From: a virus
Lineage: Duplodnaviria > Caudoviricetes
Reading direction: 5' to 3' (one strand)
Length of the DNA: 64,000 nucleotides
IMG/VR virus record: IMGVR_UViG_3300046531_000473
Span: 5,834-69,833 of that record
The notes below the pieces were generated by a model. The model was not told where the DNA came from. It saw only the letters and a list, made by a program, of their open reading frames with translations, and did no database searches. The position numbers and the translations under genes were made by a program. Shown in pieces: positions 54,970 through 63,027 of the stretch (the first letter of the stretch is position 1; each line of letters begins with the position of its first letter).

Positions 54970-55164
54970 GTGCAAAAAATAATAACATATGCATCAGGAT
55001 CATCGACACATTACTATCATGAAAAGTGCTTTGAAGAGACATTGAAGAAATTGTCTATGAGGATAGGCGATACAGGCTATAATGCAACAATTGGCATGGT
55101 GAGCTCGATAAACATCAAGGATGATATCGTATGCGTGAGATGCGGTAAGGATGTTAAGAATTAG
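54970..55164 (+). CDS. Small Zn-binding protein
   Basis: HEKC...CVRCG; GTG start. Confidence 0.45.
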   Translation: MQKIITYASGSSTHYYHEKCFEETLKKLSMRIGDTGYNATIGMVSSINIKDDIVCVRCGKDVKN

Positions 55165-55195
55165 CGCTTGTCCTACGATCTTAGACAAGAAATAT

Positions 55196-55238
55196 CGAAC
55201 ATAATTTCGTTGACAGGGAATTGATAGCAGACGACAAT
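55196..55238 (+). promoter_or_regulatory. Promoter with adjacent LexA-box-like site
   Basis: CGAAC-ATAA-TTTCG abutting TTGACA-17-GACAAT. Confidence 0.45.
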
Positions 55239-55255
55239 GGAGCAAAGGAGGACCT

Positions 55256-56059
55256 ATGATTGACAACGAAACAGAACAAACACCAGCGCCGCGTGATCCT
55301 TTCTCACAAGCAGAGACTGCTACGATCATCGCCGATGCCCTCGGAGAAACAGCGTTCAGCGCTCGTGCTCAGATTACGCGAATTGTGAGAGCCCTGGGGC
55401 GCACACAGTCCCGTGAGCTGCTTGCCAAGACACTGGAGATCGAAACCAACGGCGGCGTAATGCTCCCTGACAACTCACGTCGCAAAACACCTGGTGGCAT
55501 CTTCTTTCATTTGGCCTACACCACTGGCAAACCCAAACCAGGCAAAACACTAGAAAGGCCACAGGATCGTGTTAAGAAGCCCAAGAATGGCGCTGCTCAG
55601 TCATCGCAGTCCAATGACACGCCGAAAGCACAGAAGGCCACAGAGAAGCCTCAGCATCCAGCCATGGTATTTACATGGGACAATCGCATAGCTATTATCA
55701 AAGAAGCAGAAGAGACGAAAGGAACAGCAAACGTGAAAATCACTCTCATTGGGCGTCCAGGCAAGATCATCGACAAAGGCCAGTTTGTGATGACAGTCAT
55801 GGAGTCATCGAAAGTGCCAATGCTCCCCAAAGGACTCCCAATGCCAACCAACATGACCACGAAATATGGCGTCTACATCGCAACAAAGCAGTGGAACAAA
55901 GTAGTAGAGGCAATACAAGATCCAGAGGACGCATTGATCATCGAAGGCTTCCCAAAGATCGATACAGAGACCAGCACAATTGCTGTCTTTGCAACGAATA
56001 TAACAACGAAGAAACAGCAAATGGCGAAGAAACAGCCTCAGACAGCCAGTGGTAGCTAA
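55256..56059 (+). CDS. PHAX-type RNA-binding domain protein
   Basis: ITRIVRALG....RELL..TLEIETNGGVMLPDNSRRKTPGGIFFHL matches the PHAX RNA-binding signature; second domain VKITLIGRPGK...KQW. Confidence 0.75.
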   Translation: MIDNETEQTPAPRDPFSQAETATIIADALGETAFSARAQITRIVRALGRTQSRELLAKTLEIETNGGVMLPDNSRRKTPGGIFFHLAYTTGKPKPGKTLERPQDRVKKPKNGAAQSSQSNDTPKAQKATEKPQHPAMVFTWDNRIAIIKEAEETKGTANVKITLIGRPGKIIDKGQFVMTVMESSKVPMLPKGLPMPTNMTTKYGVYIATKQWNKVVEAIQDPEDALIIEGFPKIDTETSTIAVFATNITTKKQQMAKKQPQTASGS

Positions 56060-56081
56060 ATTGTAGAAAGGACTCTTGGTG

Positions 56082-56219
56082 ATGATAGAGCGTATTGCAC
56101 GCATTGTATTCATAGCGATCATGTCAATACTGATACTCGCATGCATCGCGTTTGCTTTGCTTGCAATATACTTTGCATTTCACCCGCGGTGCTTCGTTTG
56201 CGGATCGCAAAAGTCTTGA
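56082..56219 (+). CDS. 45-aa membrane peptide with CxxC
   Basis: MIERIARIVFIAIMSILILACIAFALLAIYFAFHPRCFVCGSQKS*. Confidence 0.5.
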   Translation: MIERIARIVFIAIMSILILACIAFALLAIYFAFHPRCFVCGSQKS

Positions 56220-56246
56220 TATTGTTGCACAAGAAACATTGCCTCG

Positions 56247-56276
56247 TTGACACTCAATATCCTAATCTGTTATACT
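56247..56276 (+). promoter_or_regulatory. sigma70 promoter for the Y RNA-Ro60 operon
   Basis: TTGACA-18-TATACT. Confidence 0.8.
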
Positions 56277-56283
56277 TGGTAAC

Positions 56284-56406
56284 GTTCTGGGCCGTATGAT
56301 GTAGGTTCTCTATTGTCACAAGTTCGATCCTTGTCTCAGGGGTTCCTCTGAGTAGCTCAGTGGTAGAGCACAGATTTTTCCCTATATCGCCACTTTTGCC
56401 TAGCAC
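56284..56406 (+). ncRNA. yrlA: YrlA-type Y RNA (circularly permuted tRNA mimic)
   Basis: T-arm ACAAG-TTCGATC-CTTGT; loop-closed acceptor CTCAGGG-GTTC-CTCTGAG; D-arm TA-GCTC-AGTGGTA-GAGC; terminal stems CTGGGC/GCCTAG and TGATGTAGG/CCTATATCG; upstream of Ro60. Confidence 0.9.
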
Positions 56407-56416
56407 ACGGAATTAT

Positions 56417-56487
56417 TGTCCTGAGCCGATATCTTTGGGTTATCGCTTTATATACCCCATGGATGCAAACTTGCTCAGGACATTTTT
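56417..56487 (+). ncRNA. Second Y-like RNA (Ro-binding stem with bulged C)
   Basis: TGTCCTGAGC-C-GA...ACTT-GCTCAGGACA-TTTTT. Confidence 0.65.
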
Positions 56488-56504
56488 ATTAGAAAGAAAC
56501 GACA

Positions 56505-58115
56505 ATGCATTATCTTGGTTTTGGTAAAAGATCGCAGTCTACACCACAGAGCGAGCCTATCCCAGGCTCTACTCAGATTGCAAATAATGCTGGGGGATTT
56601 TCGTGGTCGGTAGACGATTTGACGAGGCTAAATAGATTTCTTGTGTTAAGCAGTAACTCAGGTACATATTATGTCGGAGAAAGAAAGCTCACTCGTGAGA
56701 ATTTAGATGCAGTAGAGCGTATGCTCAAAAATGGTCAAGGAAAGCTTGTGGTCAATACCATTGCTGAGATATCTAAAGCTGGTCGGGCACCGTCAAACGA
56801 TCCTGCTCTCTTTGCTCTAGCTCGTTGTGCTGCTGCCGATGATCAAGAAGTACGCCAATATGCATTGTCAATCCTTCCACAAGTAGCGCGTACCGGAACT
56901 CACTTGCTGCATTTTGTTGCTTACACGAAGCAGTTTAGAGGATGGGGCCGTGCTTACAGACGTGCTGTTGCCTCGTGGTTTAATGAGAGGAGAGAGCAGA
57001 ATTTGGCTTACCAGCTTGTGAAGTATCAGCAGAGAGATGGGTACAGCCAACGGGATCTATTGAGACTTGCGCACCCAAAGGCCACAACGGATACATACAA
57101 TGCACTCTACCACTGGGTAACAAAGGGTTGGGAGAATGTAGGGAACGAACCTCATCCTGATCAGGCTCTCCAGATCATCTGGGCATACGAAAAGGCGAAA
57201 AGGGCTCAGGATGATAAAGAAGTGGCCTTACTCATCAAGGAGTACAGATTGCCTCGTGAAGCTGTACCGACTCAATTCTTGCACTCTACACGCGTATGGG
57301 AGGCACTTCTGGAAGAGATGCCAATGGAGGCGATGACTCGCAATCTCGCAACAATGACCCGTGAAGCAGTGATATTGCCGATGGGCGATATGACGCGGCA
57401 GATTGCAGAGCGGCTACGGAATCGAGATGCTATCATAAAGGCGCGATTGCATCCGATTAAGATTTTGTCTGCATTGACGACCTACCAGAGTGGCAAGAGC
57501 GTTCGTGGAAGCAATACTTGGACTCCTGTTCAGGCAATTGTTGACGCGCTAAACGATGCCTTCTATCTGTCTTTCAATAATGTAGATCCAACGGGAAAGC
57601 GCATTTTGCTGGCAATTGACACAAGCGGATCAATGCGTGGCGCTACTGTCAATGGTATCCCAAATCTTGCAGTCCATACAGCGGCTGGTGCCATGGCTTT
57701 AGTCCTGGCAAATAGCGAGACTAACTATCATATTATTGGTGTTGATACTTCAGTCCAAGATGTCCCTATTTCTCCAAAGCAACGGCTTGACAATGCTGTG
57801 CAGATCTTAAAGCAATACGGTGGCGGCGGCACAAATTTAGCATTACCGATGGAATATGCTCTACATAAGAACCTAGAAGTTGATGCATTTGTCATTTTAT
57901 CGGACAGCGAAACTTGGCAAGGCCATCAGCATCCTGTGCAGGCACTTCAAGAGTATAGAAGACAGATCAATGCAGAAGCGCGTATCATCAATGTCCAGAT
58001 GACAGCGACTCACGTTACCAACAACGCACCTGATGACAAAAGAGCATTAGAAGTATGTGGCTTTGATACGGCTATCCCAGAAATCATATCAGGCTTCATT
58101 CGTGGCGAGTTTTAG
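56505..58115 (+). CDS. rsr: Ro60/Rsr TROVE-domain RNA-binding protein with vWA domain
   Basis: NNAGGFSW...LNRFLVLSS..GTYY; RTGTHLLHF; GWGRAYRRAV; KYQQRDGYSQRDLLRLAHPK; LAIDTSGSM (MIDAS); VCGFD. Confidence 0.97.
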   Translation: MHYLGFGKRSQSTPQSEPIPGSTQIANNAGGFSWSVDDLTRLNRFLVLSSNSGTYYVGERKLTRENLDAVERMLKNGQGKLVVNTIAEISKAGRAPSNDPALFALARCAAADDQEVRQYALSILPQVARTGTHLLHFVAYTKQFRGWGRAYRRAVASWFNERREQNLAYQLVKYQQRDGYSQRDLLRLAHPKATTDTYNALYHWVTKGWENVGNEPHPDQALQIIWAYEKAKRAQDDKEVALLIKEYRLPREAVPTQFLHSTRVWEALLEEMPMEAMTRNLATMTREAVILPMGDMTRQIAERLRNRDAIIKARLHPIKILSALTTYQSGKSVRGSNTWTPVQAIVDALNDAFYLSFNNVDPTGKRILLAIDTSGSMRGATVNGIPNLAVHTAAGAMALVLANSETNYHIIGVDTSVQDVPISPKQRLDNAVQILKQYGGGGTNLALPMEYALHKNLEVDAFVILSDSETWQGHQHPVQALQEYRRQINAEARIINVQMTATHVTNNAPDDKRALEVCGFDTAIPEIISGFIRGEF

Positions 58116-58148
58116 GAAAGTTACTGTTTGCGCTGTGCCGTGAGGCTG

Positions 58149-58177
58149 TTGCACAGGACGAACAGCCATGCTATAAT
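58149..58177 (+). promoter_or_regulatory. Promoter downstream of ro60, overlapped by a palindrome
   Basis: TTGCAC-17-TATAAT with extended TG; GGCTGTT-N10-AACAGCC at 58144-58167. Confidence 0.75.
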
Positions 58178-58237
58178 GGTAGCAGTAACTAATTAGCACA
58201 CGCTAGAACTATCTTAGAAGGCCTTTCTTCTCTGCCA

Positions 58238-58275
58238 AAGACTCCAGGTCAAGCATCGCTCAGCCTGGAGTTCTT
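58238..58275. terminator. Hairpin terminator at a convergent junction
   Basis: GACTCCAGG...CCTGGAGTT. Confidence 0.75.
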
Positions 58276-58289
58276 CGTACTCACTTCAA

Positions 58290-58637
58290 TCATCCCACGA
58301 GATCAGGATTTTCCCAGATATTCCCGATGACTTCCATGCGGTTGTTGTCATAGCTCAAGTTCCAATCCTCGCACCATTTGCCCTCATTGTGATAATAGTC
58401 TAATCCAAACTCTGGCGGCCTCTCCCAAAAGACAACTTTGGCAGTGGCATCTTCTATTTCTACGATATCTCCCTCGTATACTTCATTACCGTGTTTATCA
58501 AGCAATCCAGTGAACTGACTGAAGACAACACCTTCGATGCGTGACCTGAGATTGCCGTTGTCATCGATAAATGCCACTTCTCTAGCAAGTGGTAGGAACT
58601 CTTTGCCGTCCCATGCGCGAAACTTTATTGACCTCAT
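58290..58637 (-). CDS. yopX: YopX family protein
   Basis: IKFRAWD...QFTGLLDKHGNEVYEGDIV...EVIGNIWENPDL. Confidence 0.92.
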   Translation of the reverse strand: MRSIKFRAWDGKEFLPLAREVAFIDDNGNLRSRIEGVVFSQFTGLLDKHGNEVYEGDIVEIEDATAKVVFWERPPEFGLDYYHNEGKWCEDWNLSYDNNRMEVIGNIWENPDLVG

Positions 58638-58834
58638 ATCTTCAAAACCTCTCGTATTTCGCCATGCCACTCAACAAGTATTTTGCATCCCTGTGCTTGT
58701 GTATCCTGAAACCACTTAGCAAGTGCTATTGCGTCACGGATAGCCTCTGCCATAGACTGATGACTCTCGTCTGCTATGTGTTTTAGAGCATCGTAGGTGC
58801 TTTGCGAGAAGTCGGCGATCATACGCTTTGTCAT
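58634..58834 (-). CDS. Ribbon-helix-helix (CopG-like) regulator
   Basis: KRMIADFSQSTYDALKHIA...SMAEAIRDAI. Confidence 0.75.
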   Translation of the reverse strand: MTKRMIADFSQSTYDALKHIADESHQSMAEAIRDAIALAKWFQDTQAQGCKILVEWHGEIREVLKI

Positions 58835-59235
58835 TATGGCTCCTCGTTTTGCGCTATGTCCTGCGGTGCTCTATCACTGCTCAGGTATTGCTTGACACGA
58901 TGCTCTGCTGTGCCATATCCCTCACGTCGTCTTGTACTGCACGCTTTGCAGCTTGGTACCACATTGTCATACACAAGGCCTTTTGATAGTTCTACCATTT
59001 CAATGATACTATAGGTGTACTCTTGGCACCATGCACAAAGTCCTTTAAAATCAGAAATGACTGATAACCATTCGCGAAGTGTTAGTGTGAATTTAAGATC
59101 GTTTTTACACGCTTTGTGTCTAGCACTGTCCAAGCGATCCATCTCACGTGCAGTATCACGCGTGAAGCAAGACGTGCATAAACCGTAACTGTGCCTTGCC
59201 ACGAAGTCGGTGCCACAGATGCAGCAGATGCTCAT
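58834..59235 (-). CDS. Zn-finger/HNH-like protein
   Basis: CCIC...CTSC; LTLREW...CAWC...NVVPSCKACS. Confidence 0.65.
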   Translation of the reverse strand: MSICCICGTDFVARHSYGLCTSCFTRDTAREMDRLDSARHKACKNDLKFTLTLREWLSVISDFKGLCAWCQEYTYSIIEMVELSKGLVYDNVVPSCKACSTRRREGYGTAEHRVKQYLSSDRAPQDIAQNEEP

Positions 59236-59816
59236 TGTGCATACCTCCGAGCATCTTGGCCCAGCTCTGCTAACCGTCGGATGAGCGATGCAGTTGACAG
59301 TGCGTCTCCGCGTGCTCTATGGGCTTGCTCAACAATGACACCCTGTTGTTCACAGGCATTCCCTAGTTTCTGATATGCAAAGCCATCATGTCGACCAGGA
59401 GCCGCATAGAACTCGGCGTATTTCAACAGCAAGCATCGCCACTCCAAGGCAGGCAAGGACACGCCGTGTATCTTCGCTGTATGCTCTAGTCGTTGCTTGT
59501 CGAAGTCCACGTTGTAGGCGATGATCACGCGGCTATCCAGTGCTGCATGGATCTCTTGCCACTCCTCTGCAAATGTCTTCGCATCGGTCACCATAGCCTC
59601 GGTGATCCCATGCACGCCCATCGCTCCTTCCTCGATCTTACACTTTGGTCTCAACAACTTGTCGAAGAGGATATTGCCGTTAATGTCTACAATGGCCAGC
59701 TCAATGACTTCTCCGTAGAGTCCAGTCGTCTCGGTGTCCAAGACCGCGTACTTTCCTGGATTGCCAACGACATGCTTGCATTGCAGTGGAAACTTCGATA
59801 TTGTTTGCATCAGCAT
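59232..59816 (-). CDS. DEDDh 3'-5' exonuclease (DnaQ-like)
   Basis: VLDTETTG, AYNVDFD, AHRARGDA. Confidence 0.92.
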   Translation of the reverse strand: MLMQTISKFPLQCKHVVGNPGKYAVLDTETTGLYGEVIELAIVDINGNILFDKLLRPKCKIEEGAMGVHGITEAMVTDAKTFAEEWQEIHAALDSRVIIAYNVDFDKQRLEHTAKIHGVSLPALEWRCLLLKYAEFYAAPGRHDGFAYQKLGNACEQQGVIVEQAHRARGDALSTASLIRRLAELGQDARRYAQ

Positions 59817-59856
59817 CTTTCATAACTCCTTTCGCTGTCACAGATGCAACACGTGC

Positions 59857-60501
59857 TCATATCTCCTCACCATTCCCGTAGTAAGGCAGTCCCTTTATCG
59901 TAGGAGGATCTATAGTGGTTCTCAGTCTTTGAGGTTTCCCGTCAATCTCTCTCCAATGCAAGAGCACAAGATCTAGCCTTTTGAGTTCATCAAAGTCAAA
60001 GCACAGAAAGGGCTGGTCAGAGCGAGTGTTCTCAGGTATCCACTCCTTTGGCTTTAAAGATCCGTCAAGGATGCAATTACGCATCCTCTGACAGTCTGTT
60101 ACGATTACCTCAACAAGCCGATTAACAAGATAATCATAGTACCCATAGACAAAAAGCAATGCTAGAAGCTTTGATAACTCTCCTGGCTTTCCTGAAGCAT
60201 TATTAAGCAGAGTGATGGTTAGATCTTGATAGCGTTGATAATTTGTAGCATCCCTATATCGATACTGTGAAGTAAATTTCATGGGATGCTTGAAATTAGG
60301 GAACTTAAGCCAGAATGAGAAGTCTATTCCTTGCTCAGTATCGAGATATGTTCGAATTTCTTCAGGAATAGCATCCTCATCATAGATCGCATCTATCCCT
60401 TTTAATCCATAAGCAGGAGGGTAAATGAGATCTTTGTATCTGTCGTTAATCTGATCAGAATAAACCTTTTGCTCAGGTAAAAATGGAGTTTGTCCCATCA
60501 T
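59857..60501 (-). CDS. Hypothetical protein
   Basis: Start moved to 60501, coupled to the MTase stop. Confidence 0.6.
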   Translation of the reverse strand: MMGQTPFLPEQKVYSDQINDRYKDLIYPPAYGLKGIDAIYDEDAIPEEIRTYLDTEQGIDFSFWLKFPNFKHPMKFTSQYRYRDATNYQRYQDLTITLLNNASGKPGELSKLLALLFVYGYYDYLVNRLVEVIVTDCQRMRNCILDGSLKPKEWIPENTRSDQPFLCFDFDELKRLDLVLLHWREIDGKPQRLRTTIDPPTIKGLPYYGNGEEI

Positions 60502-61925
60502 TTCACTTCCTCTGCTTTTTGTCCTGAAACGGCTTCCCAGCGCTTGATGATTGACTCGCAATACTCGACACTCAATTCAGCTCCGACGCATTGACGCCCT
60601 AGCAGCTCACAGGCTATGAGGGTTGTGCCTGTTCCTAGAAATGGGTCAATAACCGTCTCTTCCTGCTTCGTGAACATCTCGATAATGTGTTTCATGAGGT
60701 TAATGGGTTTGCGGCCTTTGTGCTTTAGAGGGTCTTGATCGCCACCAGAAATACTAATTGATTCTTTATCCTGGTCCCATTGCTCATCTGGGTCAATCCG
60801 CTCTAGGTCCTGTTCATTGCGATAGAGAGACTGCTCTGTGAATAGTGCGACATACATCCAATTTCCAAAACCGAGAGCGCCGCGTGTCATACCGTTATTG
60901 ATCCAATAGGACATAGACCATTTGTAGGGCATATCTGTAGTACGCATGAAATCTTTGATAGCTGAGATACCTGGGGTTACGGCTACGATAGGGGCCAGAT
61001 CTGAGAGATAGTCATGCTTCCATTCAAAGTTGACATCCCACTCATCAACACCCGCATTGTAGGGAGGATCGGCAAAAGCGAACGAGGGCTGGAGGTCCCG
61101 TGCCTTGCTTGTAAATTCGTCTGAAGAGCTATTTCCACAGTAGAGCAGGTGCAGGCCTAGCTTCCACCACGAGCCTAGGGTTATGCCTCTGTCTGGCATG
61201 GTTTCGATTTTTTTGAGTTCTTCTTCAAGCTGTTGTGCTTTAAGCCTCGCTTCCTCCTCTTCTCGCTCCCGATCCAGTCTTTCTTTCTCTTCAGCTTTTA
61301 CTATCTTGTCAAGCGTATTCCAAGCGGATGTGATGCTTTGCTCATTCAGTTGTGTACGCAATATTTCTGCATAGCGGTGGTAGTCACCAATTCGCAGTTC
61401 CATATCAATGCGCTCTACTACATCCTTGCCTTTTTCGTAGGTCTTGCCAGAGCCTAAGCCGACACGACGTGCGATGATGTCGCTAATACGCCCGTCATCA
61501 AGTGGGAAAATTTTCTCACTTGAAAATCCCTCACTCTTTCTATCTCCGCCATGTCTGCCTTTACCTTTCTCTACATCCTCCCACGTCATACCCTCCCTGA
61601 TTTGCTGTTCCGGCGTCTTGCCTCGGTTTTCGTTTTCCCGCAAGAGACGCTCTATCTCAGCTTCTGGAGATGCGAATACTTCAATCACAACGGGAAGCGC
61701 TGTATAGCCAAGCGCCATAGCCACACGAAAGCGCCTGTGCCCACTGACAACCACATACTCAGGAGTCACGGTAAGCGGCTTGATCCATCCTGACTCTGCA
61801 ATGCTTTGTTGCAGTTCCATGACATCCTCATCGCCATAGATCTCGACATTGCGAGGATGTGGCTTCAGGAGATTGATATCGATTTGCTCTATGACCACGT
61901 TTGATGGTGTTATATCTACTGCCAT
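60498..61925 (-). CDS. Second ParB-like plus N6/N4 DNA methyltransferase fusion
   Basis: LKPHPRN...VVSGHRR (ParB); FADPPYN; VIDPFLGTG. Confidence 0.9.
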   Translation of the reverse strand: MAVDITPSNVVIEQIDINLLKPHPRNVEIYGDEDVMELQQSIAESGWIKPLTVTPEYVVVSGHRRFRVAMALGYTALPVVIEVFASPEAEIERLLRENENRGKTPEQQIREGMTWEDVEKGKGRHGGDRKSEGFSSEKIFPLDDGRISDIIARRVGLGSGKTYEKGKDVVERIDMELRIGDYHRYAEILRTQLNEQSITSAWNTLDKIVKAEEKERLDREREEEEARLKAQQLEEELKKIETMPDRGITLGSWWKLGLHLLYCGNSSSDEFTSKARDLQPSFAFADPPYNAGVDEWDVNFEWKHDYLSDLAPIVAVTPGISAIKDFMRTTDMPYKWSMSYWINNGMTRGALGFGNWMYVALFTEQSLYRNEQDLERIDPDEQWDQDKESISISGGDQDPLKHKGRKPINLMKHIIEMFTKQEETVIDPFLGTGTTLIACELLGRQCVGAELSVEYCESIIKRWEAVSGQKAEEVK

Positions 61926-61926
61926 G

Positions 61927-62322
61927 TTATTTCTCCTGTCCTTCTAACTCATCATAATGATCATCCTGGTCAATGGTGACTTCAATGCCTTTGTTATGCT
62001 CTTGGAGATCGTTTCTGTTATTCCAAGTGCCCCAGCCCACTGAATTATACGTGTGCTCAGCATCTTTGACTTCAAGCTCAAATCCTTGTTCTTCTCCGCA
62101 CTCTGTATGGATATACAGCGCCCCTTGGCTGTATCTTAGCTTAATAGCAGCATTACTATGATCATCATCAAATTGCTCTTCACGCAGTTGAATGTTTTCA
62201 GAAATGCTGAAGTCCACTTCATAGTCCTCTGATATCGGAAGCTCAAAATCGAATATAGTGTCTTCACAATCAGTATATGAAACTTCAAGTGTGGCCTTCT
62301 TTTCTGCAATATCTACTGCCAT
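61927..62322 (-). CDS. Acidic hypothetical protein
   Basis: 131 aa, very D/E-rich. Confidence 0.6.
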   Translation of the reverse strand: MAVDIAEKKATLEVSYTDCEDTIFDFELPISEDYEVDFSISENIQLREEQFDDDHSNAAIKLRYSQGALYIHTECGEEQGFELEVKDAEHTYNSVGWGTWNNRNDLQEHNKGIEVTIDQDDHYDELEGQEK

Positions 62323-62326
62323 GCTG

Positions 62327-62599
62327 TTATTCTCCTAATGCTTGTGTTATCATATCATCTTCTAACAGCACTTCAAGTCCACTAGAGCCGTGATGACTTC
62401 CATTATCGATCATACACATCTCATCAGTTATAGCACATTCAATGGCCTCAGTGCCCATTCTAGCGGCTTCTTCGTAGGTGTTGCCGTGTGTGAGGGCATT
62501 CCAGTTCATGATGTGAAATTCTGCCAATTTTGGTACACTGACAAGGTACACTTGATCCTCATCAGACCAGTAGATCATCATTGTGTAGTGCATGTCCAT
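62327..62599 (-). CDS. hicB: HicB-like antitoxin domain protein
   Basis: YTMMIYWSDEDQVYLVSVPKL...THGNTYEEA. Confidence 0.8.
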   Translation of the reverse strand: MDMHYTMMIYWSDEDQVYLVSVPKLAEFHIMNWNALTHGNTYEEAARMGTEAIECAITDEMCMIDNGSHHGSSGLEVLLEDDMITQALGE

Positions 62600-62603
62600 A
62601 CTA

Positions 62604-62798
62604 TTATTCTCCTATCTGTTCTGTTTGCTTTGTGAGTGTATCAATGATCACTTTGGCCTCATGCTGCATGAGATGTGCGATGGCTAACAAGCCTTTGTTT
62701 GTGTCTGTGTGCTCTTTCGAGTACGCTGCTAGAGCGCGAAGTATGTTGATAAAGTCTTGTATGCCAGATAAGTATTCTTCCTTGGTAGTTATCTGCAT
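62604..62798 (-). CDS. Hypothetical protein
   Basis: 64 aa, RBS AGGAGAAT. Confidence 0.5.
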   Translation of the reverse strand: MQITTKEEYLSGIQDFINILRALAAYSKEHTDTNKGLLAIAHLMQHEAKVIIDTLTKQTEQIGE

Positions 62799-62805
62799 TA
62801 CGCTC

Positions 62806-63012
62806 TTATTCTCCTATAACTTCTTCGAATATCACGGTTACGTCGAGATCACTGTTGTTGTGCACTATCGACTCCAAGTGCTCGTAGATGTCTTTCGCAA
62901 GAGCACCGAGTGTGTAGTACTTGCTGCTCCTCATACCTTGCACGAAGTATGGTGCTGGGTATTGTTCGCCAAAGACTTTCTTGTATGTCACTGTGGTTGT
63001 TGTCGTCTTCAT
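62806..63012 (-). CDS. Hypothetical protein
   Basis: 68 aa, RBS GAGGAG. Confidence 0.5.
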   Translation of the reverse strand: MKTTTTTVTYKKVFGEQYPAPYFVQGMRSSKYYTLGALAKDIYEHLESIVHNNSDLDVTVIFEEVIGE

Positions 63013-63027
63013 TATTGTGCTGCTCCT

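Noticed and set aside
56318-56370. Ordinary tRNA gene
   Set aside because: Arm order is T then D with a loop-closed acceptor stem, which is the YrlA arrangement
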